This document shows, piece after piece, positions 1-15,000 of a stretch of DNA of 64,000 nt. The stretch is from Trichoplax adhaerens (taxonomy: Eukaryota > Animalia > Placozoa). The notes below the pieces were generated by a model. That model saw only the letters and a list, made by a program, of their open reading frames with translations, was not told where the DNA came from and searched no databases. How positions within the stretch are numbered: position 1 is the stretch's first letter; each line of letters opens with the position of its first letter. Both the position numbers and the translations under genes were made by a program. The stretch spans positions 1,178,001-1,242,000 of the forward strand of contig NW_002060954.1 in the NCBI RefSeq assembly GCF_000150275.1. Reading direction: 5' to 3'.

Positions 1-3000
1 ATATTAAGATAGGAACAAAGTATCAATTTTTTGAAGCGTCTTCCTAAAGCTATAGTTTTTATCAGAATTACTATACAGTAATAGCCTAATGACTTGAGGA
101 TAAACATGATTAGTATTGTAGTTAATATTTTTTAACTACATGTAGCTTATTAATCTATTCTCATATGATCGCCTTAACAAAGAAGGAATACTAGATAATT
201 ATGTGAGTAGTAAAAAACAATAAGATGGTAACAGTCCTTCTTTGTATAGAACAGGATAAGATAACAGTAATAACTGGCATTGTATTCTCCACACATTTAA
301 CGATTAAACAGATATTGTCAATAATGATGTTAACAATACAATGAATTGTTCAATTCTTGACATTAGATGAAGGTAGCTAATCGATTAGGTGCTCTCAGTA
401 ATGACTAATATAATTGTACTGGCATAGCATAACGTCCAATTTGTTAGTAAGTATTGCGATAAATAGAGCATAATTTTATTCATCGATGATATTGTCTCTT
501 TGTCATCTTCCGTATCGTAGCGATTGTCGCTATCTGATCTGATCTAGTTAGACAAGTAAAGGGAATAAAAACAACAACAAAAATAAAACTTGGAATCTTT
601 CCATCTTGTTCAGTCAACTAAATACTTCAAAGTTCAAGCAAGTGGTAAGTTTAATTGATAGTAATTGGATTAACTAAAACTTGTTAATAGCACGTATAAT
701 AGCTTCATATTCACGAAAATATCATGTTAATTTAAATAATCATTTTAATTGATCAACTTCTGTCCGTTACTGTTTTATATACGCTACTTTCTATCTCTTT
801 CTAACTACAGTACTTACACCAATTCATCCATTTTTGTATTATTTTACTCTTGCAGACCTATTATTTGCTAAAATAGATATTGCAAATATAGACGGTATGC
901 TATTTTTGAATTTCATATCAGTCACGTTGGCGATTAATCCTTCGACATGATTATTATTATTGCGGTGATAATTATTATGACTATTTTAATTTTACGAGAA
1001 GTTATAATTTTTAACTTATTGCTGTAATAGCATCCGCCTGGTTGCAAGGCGAAGCGAAGCGTGGACCATCAGTATCGAGATTGCTTTAATGTTATTTTTT
1101 ACCATTCTGCCTTATATCTTCTTAGACAAGAGAGTTAAATTCCTGACGTCTTCTCACTTTGATCATTACGATGAGTACTTAACTTGAAATGGCATAAGTC
1201 CCACTGTAATACTCGTAATATTTTGCAAGCTGCAACCAAAGATATGGAACTATGAGCTTATGAAACTTTAACTACTGAATTAAATTCTTACTTTACGTTA
1301 ATTTTAATACCAATTAGCATTTATTTTCCCTGTTGTCGATTTATCCAAAAACAATATACCCCACACGTTAAAACTTCTATTAAAGACATGGGCTTAAGTA
1401 AATGGGATATATTTGTTCTGAATTTCCTATTTTCATTTTCCAATCTGATTCTATCTGCACGTTAATTATCTCTAAAAACTACATCGCACAAAACCTGGGT
1501 TTTAATTTTTATACCGTAGTCCTAGAATTTTATCATAATTAAAACTTCGTTTGAAAAGACATGCAAATTTCTATTTATGATATCTATAGCACGTTTACGC
1601 TTTCTGAATGTAGCATTGCGGAAGTGACAAAAGAGTGCTACTTACGGTTTTTAAACGGTTTGATCAGTTACTCTTTAGACTCTTTAATTGTTATAGTCAA
1701 AGGTATAAGGAAAAGCATCATGAGGATAAACGTTTGATTATCTTGTAGCTATCTAAGTAATAAGGTAGCATTTGCTAGTTTATCCAAATAAGATTATCTA
1801 CATTAGTAATTTAAGCATTGAGTCTAATATTAAACCTTAAGAGTTATCATAAATTTGGTACAAGGTGTGAATCAGTCTTAATATTCTTGACTATCAGGTA
1901 TTATCATGCAGAGTTTTTTTAGGAAAGCATAAGATTATACAGAAGCTATCTTTTCTCGATTGTCAAATTTCTGCCTAATCCTCAGTCTTATCGAAAGTAT
2001 TTTTTGGAAAAGGGATTACTGTGCCAAGGGAATAAATTTATTTAGATTATTCCATACTAACAGTGTGCGTACATTTAGTAGCCGTTCACTTTATACACAC
2101 GATAAATTTGCATAATTTCTATTAAATATGATTCAGACTTTATAAAACCTTATATAGACTTAATAGTATCCAAGGTCATTAGAGTGAACTAGTCCTCTGT
2201 AAATTATACCGCGAATAAATATGGTCTATATAATGTATATGCTTATGATACGAGTACATTATTGCTTTATTACTGCTTCGTACTAATTCATTGAAACAGA
2301 AGCCTCTAAGATTTTAATTGTGAATTACAGCATACATTATTTTAATATTTTCTTTAGCACTACAATAGGCACTCTTCACGCTATATTTTCTTTAAGCCAA
2401 GCTTATTTCAGGTCTATAATTGAAAAGTTTGATATGTCGCTACTAATCACAATACATTACTTATAGTGTACATGATGCAGTACACTATTCTACCTGATGT
2501 ATGGCGTGATAATTCGCTGGATCACAGTATATTATCATGACCATTGGATTCACCTACTTTAGGTATAATTTCGATTACTTTCTAGAAATCTTTGGATAAT
2601 ACTGTCGTATGGTATTGCAATCATCTCTAAGTCAGCTCAAGATACAATCTACGATAATTTTTTGATAGTAAGCACAGAGTATAGCTTTCGCATTTGCTGA
2701 TGCGAAATAATTTTTTATCTCTAATCAATTTCAGTAGTGATTGACTAATTTTCGCTTTGTGATCTTCGTTATCTGATTTTGTTAAATCAGGAATTGAATT
2801 GATTTCAAAACTACCGATATGAGTATGATATACCAGCTACATGTGTAACCGTTAAGTAATGGATTGGCTGCTTCAATTTACCAATAGGTCTTTACCGCGA
2901 TGGTTCAGTAACCTAGCATATGAAATTGAAAAGAAGCGTTAATTTTAGTGCTTGCCAATGTTCTTATTATATTAGCACCATAATCGTACTATAACGTGAA

Positions 3001-6000
3001 TGGTAAGTCAAGATATGTACCACAGAATATATATCATGAGACAGATACTCATTAAAGACTACAAAGAGTCTATAGCTCTCATGAGTAGTCTAGCCTTTAT
3101 CGTTATCATTTAACCCGCGTTTCGAACTTAGAACTGTATATTAGGAAATAGTGCTACCGTATGTATGGAGTTAATTATAACTATTAGAGCTACCGTGCTG
3201 CAACCTACCGGCATGTTCAGTTGTACAGAAACGCTCTAACGAAGCCATAATAAGTTAAATATCATGAATATCAACAGCAAATACTGCATGCCTATTACCA
3301 ACTAAGATTACACCAATATATGATCTTGGAAAAGAATTCCAAATTAGCTAACTTATATATCTAATATATATTTATATATTTTTATACATGTTATATAACT
3401 CTCCCATTTTATTAGTGATAGATTGGTAAAATTTTTAATCTTAATTTATTGAGAAATTTTTTAAATAGTGCTGCTATCTTTTCACGTCATATGGGGCGAT
3501 TTTATAACTGATTAACTCGTCGTGTATACATTTATATTATATCCTAGTAATGTCCAGTGCAGTACTAATAGTCAGACTGATTTGATATTTTAATTTGCTT
3601 TTGATTCGCATCATAATGAGATGACTTGACAAAGTAGATAGTTATCGTCGATGAAATTAAGTACTAGAAGTACTTAAATATCTAGCTTAATATCTACTTT
3701 TTCTAGCCTTTTACAAATTCGTTTTGGGTAGCTCAGGAAGATATCTGGTATTTTCGTGTATCATTTACATGCATACTTTAATTCACTACTGATTATAGAT
3801 TACAGGGTGTAATTAATACAATTATTACCATTAAGTTGTAAAAGCTAAGCTGAAAAATAACGTAATCTTTCCATTATTGATTGATTCTAATCTAGAAAAG
3901 AAAAATTCTCTATTAATATTTTGTAAAGATCTGGTAGAATATAACATTATCAGTATTCTATTTAAAGAATGTGAATGCTATCAGTTCGGTCATGTAGGAT
4001 GAGAAGCTGCTAATCTTAGATGAATATACATTCAATTTGGGTATGCGCGGAAGGGGTTAGTATTTATTGACAACTAGTAGATTATTTTGCTTTTCAGCTT
4101 AGAGTGAGAAAATACGAGTGTCAAACTGGTAGCTCTTAAGACGAAAATATATCAAAATTACTGGTGTATGGTATGCAGTTTTAATCTAATTCAATGCATG
4201 CCGGTACTAATAATTAGCAGGTGTTAATTATAGGGCTTTTGCAATCTGGGTATTAAGAATTAAAGCCATTATGCAGGGTTATGGTTCGTTTACATCCATA
4301 TAACGCTACAGATATGAATAATTTTCTGAGCTATTTTTCGCATAAATATCTATTTTAACTAATTATTAAGTTAGCGTTTTGTTGTTCCTGTAATATCGGT
4401 ATTAAAAACAGAGTTGCCATTAGATTATCTTACATCCGCCATTACTATTCTAAAATTTACTAGCTATTCTGGAATGTATAAACATTTAAAAGCTAGGAGA
4501 TACTATGGCATACGAAATTATTTTCCTTCAGATCTAATCAGTTTGCCGTAATCTTTGTTTTCTTAATTAGGTAGCTAACTATACAATTACGGCAAGGTAG
4601 TTAAAGATAGAAAAGACTATCAAATAGATATAATGCAACCCATCATCTTTAATATAATCTAAAGCAATGATTAATTACATTTTAATGTTATTTTAGAATT
4701 TTACATTTTTATGGCCCTTGAATCGGTTTATTGCTAGACAGTTTCGCTATCAATTAAGTAACTGAAAAATTAGTAAATATATTCTAAATTTAAGACTACA
4801 AATAAACGTATTTGTGAATGCGGCGCCACAAATATTATATATCCTTTCTTCTATCATATTGTTTACTTCGATGACGATGGTATTTATGCTATAGTAAATA
4901 GTATTTTATCTAGATCATTAATATTTTATAATTCAAGAATAACATCAATCTTACAAGATGAATGCAACTGCTCTACTAAGACTTAATTAGATATCGAAGG
5001 TATCAGCTGCCTACTCATGCTCAGTCTTTGGCTATGTCAAGAAAATGCAGCACAGTGTTTTGCACGTTGATAAGAATCATAATGAAGGGGAATTCTCTTA
5101 AGCTATAGTACAGTATGCTTCAATACTGCACCCTGTATCGATTTTTTTATATATAATCTTGATACTTAAGGGCCATAGAATTATTTCTATACTAGTCACT
5201 GACGATGATCATTAATAAATCCGTGTACGAGTATTATTTTTGCTAGATGGCACGAAATCTTGCTAGTAACTATTTGACAGTATATCTACTCATCTTATAA
5301 AAATTTCTGTTCCATTAATATCATTATTCGAAGTTGCGATAGCCAGACTCGAAACGGTTTACCCTTAAAACAATAGTAGAAAATGAGCTAATTGGTTTCT
5401 AATTTACTTAATTTAGATTATCATTTGATCTACGCTATTTAAAGTTGATAGTAGCTATTTGAGATGTATATTACTGCTACATGTACTATCACACAGCAAT
5501 CAGTCGCTAGTGCTCTTTCCTTTACATTTATTATGTTTCAATTACAGTTTCAACGCTATAGCAATAACCAGTTTTGTAGGCAGATAAAACTAGTGAGTAG
5601 CTAAACAAATTCGTTTCAAATGAATAAAGTAAGCTTTAAAATACTGTTTTAGGACTTTTTGATGACGTATTTTCTTTCGAAAATCCGATAATAGTATGTG
5701 AGTGGTTTATAAAAATACGTAAGACTATTTGCTAGCGAATGGTACAAACGCTCGTGTGCTAATTCCAGCTTTTAGTTGATATCATATCAATGAGTACTCA
5801 GCATTTATTGTTAGCTTATTTATACCAAAGTAATATTTGTGACTGTCATTGATGATGCTGATGAAGTAGCGCGTATGCACTGTACAATCTGAAAGGAATC
5901 CTAAATTTATCCCACTGAAATCATTCGGTATAGATGAATGATTTATCTGGAGTTGATCGGACAGTCTTGACGTTATCGTTCATTAAAGGATTATCTATCA

Positions 6001-9000
6001 GAAAGATATCCATAATTAGTTTATCTACTTAGTTCTAGCAACTGATGGAATACTGCTGCGAGATTTATTCTTTCATATTACTAGTATGCAAAAGTTGCAA
6101 TTTCATTGATTTTTTTTGTGTTTTATTTACCGGTATGAAATTTCTTTGCTATACCGAAGAAACAGCAGCTACACTATCTCAATCCGCTCACTCCATGCTA
6201 AATAATATAATTACACTGTAAAAATGGTAGCCGGATTTTTCGTAGCACAATACTGAACAGGATTGCCTATACAACCGATATCATATCCAAATTAAGTTCA
6301 ATAACCTACGAAAGACATTTTCTTCTTCTATTTTATCTATCTGGCAAACATGAAACCGATAAGGAAACATATGTAATGCTTACCTTAAATGTAGATATTA
6401 TGCCTAACCGTTTTTATAGATCACATGATCAGTACTTATCTAAGAATATGTAGTAGTTTGTGGTGGTGGAACCTAAGTGCTGCTTTTCTGACACAGTTTG
6501 TAAGCTTAACCGTTTGATATTCCTTGAGATTCCAATAATTCAAGATTTTAGTATTTTATGACAATGTTTGTATAGGAAAACGAGATTGAAATGGTTAACA
6601 TAGAGCAAAGAAATAAGAAATTTTACGATAAAACTATTGCATTTTAATATGGATTAATTTTCTGTATGTTGTACATTACTAATTGAGGAATAAGTGGTTT
6701 AAAAATAAATTGGATTTCCTAAAATTCATTTATCTACAACAACTTAGCAATTATGCTCATCTGTAGGGTATTCAAAACTTAATGATTAAATTAAGATTAT
6801 TATTGTCTACTTTTGCACGTGCTTTCGTTCAGTTTATCTTTAATTAGTCTATTCTCTTAGCATAGAAGAAAAAATACTTATGGCCTCTACAATTGTTATT
6901 GATTACGTCAAATAGCTTAAATCAAGATCGAGACTTTCTATTTTTATACAGTATCCCAGTTGTTAAATACATGAATAGATTTGACAATGTAGATTTAAGT
7001 GACAAGATTAACACGATTCTCCTCCCCCATTTCTACTTCCATTTGCGTTTCTTCCTTATTTGTCTTATTCCGATACGTAAATCTCGATTGTCCATAAAAA
7101 TCTGCTAATGCCTATATTCATTTAGATATTTAATTACCTATTGAAACCATTTTAGAAAATTTTCCTTACATAGTCTTCCTCATTAACTAATGTTATGCCA
7201 AAATTCAAAAAGGAATTGAAAATATTTGTCAAATCCTCTAATCATTTTTAATCATGCAGTCCATCCTATATGTTAGCTACTGCACAAATCCATTCCAAGC
7301 CATGGTAACGGATTAGCAATATTTGAGAGAGTATCAGAAATCCTTAGAGTACGAATCGTTGGTAATTCTTTTGCATAGAATAAAACCGTAAAATTTTATT
7401 TTTTCTTATCTTTTAATTCGTATTCCAATGGTAGTCTATTTTAAGTATCAGGTGGTACGCATATGTACAGACATTTATCTTTCTTTAACATTGTAGTTGC
7501 TGGTCTCTATTTGATAATTCGTTAGTCCTTTATTTTAAGGTACGAGAGAAAAATTAGTTTACGTTTAGTACTGTGCTTGATATCTATCACCTCTACAACT
7601 AGAATTTGACAAAGAATTTTATTCCATTTTGAGCTTGACGTGAATATTATTACATGTATCTTAAGTTCAGAATTAATATATTTATGTAAGACGGCATCAT
7701 AAACAAAAAATATAAATCGACAAAACTGGAGATAAACATGATATCTAGCAATTTGCTACCAGCCTTACTGACTGATACTGATCAAAATCCTTTAATAGCT
7801 ATTGTATTACTTATCATATCAATCCTATTATATTTTTTTAAATCATTAGTTTCTTGCTAAAGTAAAGCTTAATTGACCTGAAACTAAAGGACAGATATTC
7901 TGGAAGACCTTTAAAGTTAAGAAAAGTTGCAAAGGCCCTGAAGGTAAATCACTCTATTTAGTTTAATTTAACTTTCGAATTTACGAAATAGTTAGAATAG
8001 CAGTTTAATCTGCAGTATTCCTATGTTATTTAAACTCTTTCATCGATATTTTCCGTTAACACATCTACAAGTATATTCAATGTTTAATAACGATAAGATA
8101 GTTTGATTAGAAACTGGCGTGTACTATCGAACAATAAATGATTACAACGTGAAATTCTTGGATTGAAGTAATAACACTTATCGAAAAATACGAATAGTCC
8201 TATTCATCCATTGAACTTTTATACTGATCTAATACTACATAATGGTTTCTTGCTAAATTTTTAAGCCAATTACTCTACAATCATAATTACTTCTCTAGGA
8301 TCAATTTAACATTTGATAGTATAATATTTATCGAGATTCTCTACTATGCACTATTTACATGTAATAGAGAAATATAATTGATATCAGTAGTCCACTGGCT
8401 TGATCATAGACATTAATGGGTATCTTAAAATGGAAGAGGCTGGCCAAGATTGATAGACATAGTCATATTACTGTTAACCATATTCAAGGGGTATTGGGAA
8501 GTAAAATGAAAATTACCCTTAATAAAATGTAGCTATAATGCCCTGTATAAGGTTCTGCATTATTCAGAAATTGACAAATTGTGCCGAGTAGTGGTTTAAA
8601 TGTATGGTGAAGAATTATGGTATTTACAACAATTAGCTTTGTTTGGGCTTGGTATTTATAGGAGATCATGCTTCATTTTATGCCGGTTGACTAACTATTA
8701 TTTTTCAGCATTTGATGCTTACCATTTAGTTAAGGTGATGGCTAGAAATCATCGCTAATTTATTGACATCTATTTGTTAATTAACATAGCTATACTTAGT
8801 AATAAGTACAGTTCTTGGAATTTAATTAGTTTTAAAATTAAAATATAAGCTGATAGTAATAGTTGTCGATATCTGAAAAAATAAATACCAGCAAGCTCTG
8901 TCTCTAGCCTAGTAATTCATATTAGCGATTTACAGAGTTACTTTTATCCCCATTGCGATACAGCGAAAGTTTTGATTAACCTACAAACTTCATGCTAATC

Positions 9001-12000
9001 ACAGCTTAATGAAAAGGATTAATAGTTAAATTAAATGCTTATACAGCCTAGCTCTGCAAATAAATACGAAATTGCAGATAAGTCTAAAAAAAAGATTTTA
9101 AGAAACTTTCTTACTTACACTTTGTTCAACAATAAATCGGAAACGATACTTACGTAAGTTGATAAGTTGAAGTCCTTAATGAAAAGGTTATTGTTAATTG
9201 TAACTTCCTTTAGTACTACTTTGCCCAATGGTATCTAAAATTTGGCTTATGCCTAGGATACCTTATTAAATCGTAACGTCTAAAAATAGCGATACTGCGC
9301 ACATTTAAATCTCCTACAAAACTATAGTACAGCTAATTTGTTCGTATCGATTCTTGCCTGCAATTATGGCTTTCTACTGAATATTTCGCACTGAGAGATA
9401 TATAGCTAAAACGCAAACCGAGATTAGGAATTGCAAGTCCCTTATATTGAAACGAAGCTACTTTCGTTGACATTTCAATTACCATATCAACAATATTCAA
9501 GTAATTGACGCTAGGGTAATTAAAAGGATAGAAATACTATTACCTATGACTGCTAACTCAAGATTAAACTTATATGTTACGGTACTTTATAAGTCTAATA
9601 TTATAGCTAATTCACATAGGAAAAACTGCATTTCCTTCATATTTCTGTAGGTACAGTTTTATATATCTTCATTTTGCATCTTCAAACCGTGTTCATCGTT
9701 AATTAAAATTTCTTATCTATATTAAATATAATTAAACTTAGTATAAAGTTTAGGTTTTAATTTACAGTTAAATGCCAGTTATAGCAACTTGAAAGGGATC
9801 TTTAAGATTTAAACTTACGCATAGATAATTTATACCCCGGCAGCTATAGAATTTCTACTGATTACTTTGCGTTGTGTTGGAGTTACTTTCTGGAACGTTT
9901 GCTATGCATGCAGCGGTTATTGTTGGTAATTTGTTCAGCTAATCTTAAAATTTTTCTAACAAAACCTTAAAACATGTAACATAGAAGACTTTACTAGTTA
10001 CAAGTCCTTATATGCATATAGATCACAGTGCTTGGAAATTTAGTGGTTTGAACATAGAAACCTTAATAGCATATTGTATTAGTCTATTATCCTTGAATAG
10101 CGTATAAATGGAACCCTTGTATTATATTATGCAAGAGCTTTAGCAGAAAGATCAATTTACATTACGGTTTATAAAACTGAGCAATATCGAAGGATTATTA
10201 GAGTTGTGATACTCGATCACGTACGAGTACAGCTAGTAGAAGAAGATCTGCCCCTTAAATAGTTTAGATTAAACCGACAGTCAGGTTTAGTACATAAGTT
10301 AGATAATTAATATGGTACTTAAAGATATTGATATTAGAGTCAATTCGTGTTTTACTGGAGTTTACGGTATCTAACGAGGTTATAATCATGAAAATAGAGT
10401 AGCTTGTTACTTTTCTTACAAATGCATCCATGACATTTTAGAGTTGAGAGTATTCCCTGATAAATAATCCGAGTAGTAATCTCAATATTACCGAATGTTC
10501 TTATAAAATATTAACACGATATTTACATCTGAGATACATTATACGACTAAGAGAAATTTATATAATTCTTAATGGAGCCAATTATATCTTACTTGATAAA
10601 TCAAAGCAATATAATTATTTAAATCATAGAATATCCAGGTATCATTTATAGTAAAAATAATTAAATTAGCATATTGTCTATATTGCTATTGCTAAGAATT
10701 GAGACTTTGAAATAATACTGATAAGATTATGAATCGTAAAAGGGTTACAGAAATTATGAATATCAGCGCTATTGTAAGTAAAGTACTAATTTTAATTTTT
10801 AGTAACATAAACTACAACAAAATTTGATTCCAGGTACATGTATCTGTAGCGTTTAAGAATTTGTAATTGTAAAATCTAAATCAGAAACTAACTTGCTATA
10901 AACAATGTTGTTGACCGCTATGGGGAGATGAGAGTGCAATCAAGGCATTATATAAAATAAGTCCATCTAACTAAAAACGACTTTTCGAATATTATTGCAA
11001 TCATGATGCACCAATTTGCTTTATGCTACTCATCTACAATATAATTTATTAACTGAATGTTTTACCAAGTGAGGATCTTAACGATAGTTATAACTAGAGC
11101 CTTCAGTTCCTTAATATTTGTATTCCATATTAACGATCTATCATACCCTGTTAGCCTAAATTTCATGTTGGAGTTATCATCAATGCTGTATTTTTATCAG
11201 TAATGACATTCTATCAATGGTATACAGTCCGAGACGAGTTTTGCCCAGTGTTCTATACAAAATAAGATACGGCACTAGTCAATATGCATACTTTGTTTCA
11301 TTTCGTAAGGAAAAGATGCTTTCTACTTTATAGAATAGATTTATAATCTGTATTGTCTTTCGATGGATTATTATCGAAAATTTTTTGACCTATTCTATAT
11401 CTTAATCATCGATTTAGGTAGGAGATATTAAACTATCTCAAGTATAACCAACCTTTTATTCGATTGAGTTCGATCATTTGATTGTAAACAGGATGGATAT
11501 GTCATAATTAATAGAATGTGTTGTCTTTGTATTAAGATGATAATAATGATGAATTTAACTTTTTGACTGTGATTACGTGTTCCTAAGATCAAAAAGCATC
11601 ACATGTTTTAGTCAACTGCTACCATAATTATTTTAACGTTAAATAGAGTAAAAGTTATGACTTTATACTGTACATTTGAGATTCTAAATGATAAGAATAA
11701 CTCTAATAACATTATATAGTGGATAATTCGATTGTCCACGTATATAGACCATTAATATAAAGATTAAGCTGCCATCTCTGGTTATTTTAAAGATTTATAT
11801 CTATAATAATTAAAAGAATTTCTTGAATAGCTGAATTACAACACTATTGATGAATAAGTGATGCTGGTAGACTTATTACCATTAGTGTTGTCTCTTAATT
11901 TAATTATAGCAATAAGATAACATACATTTATCAATACAATCTGTAGTTCAAAGAAAAGGTCAAACTAATGACTTGTTGCCCAATTAAACAGAAAGAAAGT

Positions 12001-15000
12001 AGTATTTTTTTTAATTGAATTGATAGTGGCGCCACAGCTAATTATCTAAGTATTATCAACGACGATTTCCTTGCTCTTATTGTTATTTGCCAAGTGTTGT
12101 TTCCCATCATTTCCACCTGGAGTAACTTTTACTTTAATTGCTTCTATTATACTATTTCGTCTAAAGCAATACTTTAAGATAACAGGCCTATTATCGAACA
12201 CTTGATGATAAGTGGCTACTCGATAAATTTATCATCATCGCAACTGAAACTTAATAATTTACATTTATTTCTGTGGAGTACTACATATATATTAGCAAAT
12301 ACTAATAAAAGCCAGTTTGAAAAATCTACTTTATGTAATAGACGCAAAATGTACATTTTTTTGAGTTCGTTGGAAGGGCCTGTTCGTGCTCATTCTATCA
12401 TAAAGTTGTCTATTTTTACCTATAGATATATATAATATGGAACAAGCACTGCAATTGGCTTTTATTATATAGTCAAAAAATTTAACTGATATCGATATAA
12501 TACATATAGTATTAACAAGACTTACGCTTGGATTCCCTGCATCCATGATTGTGAAAGTTAACAAAGATGAGATGGTCATGAATTATCTAAGAAAAACATA
12601 CTTGTTTTTGTTATACATCATTTGATCTTCACCCTTGGCGATTGTTTTCCCTAAAAATTTTATTGTATCAATGCACCATATTCAGTGCCAAAAGTAAATA
12701 GATTTTGCTTCTATTACAGAGCTAAAGACGAGATATTGCTGAGATTTTGATGACTGTCAAGTAAATAGATTCATAGTCAAATTGAAATATTCGGTTATTT
12801 ATATCCTCTATATATGGGCTTTTAAATTACACGTGCAAGAATAAAGTCATTAGTATTAGTTATTAAAATTTAAGGATTGGTTTTAATAGGAAAGGCTTGA
12901 GCCATGCTGTCTAGTATTGAAATTGTTCATTTCCGATCAACTGTGTTGGCATCATCATCCAATGCTATCGTTATAAGACATGAATTCAAACAAAAGTAAT
13001 AATAACAAATGTGATCTCGATCTCATTTTTTATCTTAATTATTTCAATACTTATTATTTTACTACATTAATGAATTTTAATGAAAAATAATACCGATGGA
13101 AGCGATTGTATACCTTTAAGTTATCAGGAATGATGTGGGGAGGGGTACTTTGAATGAAAAGGAAATATCGGGCTAAGCATTATCACCTGACAATGTCCAA
13201 ACGGCATATAAATAAAATGGACTGGATTGCATGAAGCTTTATAATGCTTAAGCACAGTGTGCTGTTAATTGATATCATTTTGTTTCTTTTCCAATAATCC
13301 TCTATCAAGAATATACGCATATATCGGCAAATATCGAATGACAAATATCGCTAGATATATTTTTAATCTTATAGCTATTACAAAATTAATCATTATTAAT
13401 ATTATTAGTACGATTTGACTGAGCAGATTTTCGTAGGCAGTAATAGTTATCGTTAATTTTCCGTATACATGATTATAAAGAAATATAGCTGTGTTTATTA
13501 AACATAGAGCGTACTAGATATGGAATTTAAGTAAAGTATGAGTGAATAAAATAACGATAAACAATGTGGGTGTTCAACTTTTGATAATTACCCTTATCAT
13601 AACCTTGAACTTTTGTGAATTTCTATTTCACCTATTTTGCTTCCGCTGACAGAGTAAAAATGACTCTCCTGAATAGGCTTGAACACTTTCGAGCAACGAT
13701 TTTCTCTATTCAAGAAGTAAAATTAACTTTATTGTGATCCTCTTGATCTAAGTCTATATTTCTATTATACCTATTGATCTTTCGATAAAAAAATAACAAA
13801 ATAACTATTGTGATTTTGAAGTAACGCTGTTCTAGACCATACTTGTGATATCTGTAGCCAAGTATTGAAAAATGCTCATAGAATTCATTTTTCATTATAA
13901 TGAATAATTAGAGCACTAGGCTGTTGCCAGAATCTGAAAGCAATTTTTTCAATTATCAAATATATTATATTGAAAAATAGTCATTTTTATAATAAGTAAT
14001 ACCTGTTATATTTTTGAAATCATTTTAGATTCCCTATAATTGTAATATGTTAATGGCATCTTAACTCAAATTGATTGTGTATTTGATCCTTTTACTTTAG
14101 TGTTTATCCAGTGGTTGCTTAAAGTATTTTCCTTTAATAAGAATTTCAAATAGCCCATCAGAAAACAACTTTAACAACCTGCAAGAAAGATTCTGAAGGA
14201 CATTGCAAATAACGGTATGTGTGACTAAATTCGTACAAGCTTACGCGTGTATATACAATCTCATGAATACATAAATATTTATCTAGCACTCGTACTATTT
14301 CTAAATTGATTGCACGACACACTTTAAGACCATCGTTAGAGTAAAAATTGCTTTAAATAGTGGACGAATGTAAAATACCTCGTGAAGATAACTTTATGCT
14401 AGGAACTAGTACATTATTAGTAAGATATCGTAAGCAAGAGTAGCTAGCAAAACATGTAGAGTACTGCGGTACCAATTGCATATTGATCAAGAAATTAGTT
14501 GATCTTCAATTGTATATTCTAAATGAGAATCATTCGTTTTGCCGAAAATTATAGCGTCTCGTTACTTAGGTAAAATTAGTTTTAACATTTCTTTCAAAAT
14601 TCGTAGTATTAGCAGATAATAGGTAGTGAACAAGAAGCGTAGGAACGTCATCTGAGATAGAAATATAGTAGTGTATGAGCTATTATATCATTTTTGAACA
14701 ATCGAAATACAGTATTTGACTTTCTGTTAGATAAAGTGGGCAAATATATTTCTATATATGAACAGAATTAGCAATCAAGAAGAGTTAATTATCTGTTATG
14801 AAAGTGAAACTTATCTATTTGACTTATTTATTCAGTAGTAGATAGGATGGTATAATTATTTTCCAAGTGAAATTACTTTATTGAAGGCTCTATTTTAACA
14901 CTCTAGTGGGAATTGAAAGCATTAAAACGAAACTCTGAGCCTCACTCACTCTATAGAAATTATCTTTGTAATTATATTTGTCTCTCACAGTACTGCAATG

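Noticed and set aside
1030-1080. GC-rich patch GCCTGGTTGCAAGGCGAAGCGAAGCG
   Set aside because: Could be a transposon end but has no partner terminus or second copy in the window.
5857-5910. CTGATGA...GAAA hammerhead-like motif
   Set aside because: No stem I pairing, and stem II does not abut GAAA.
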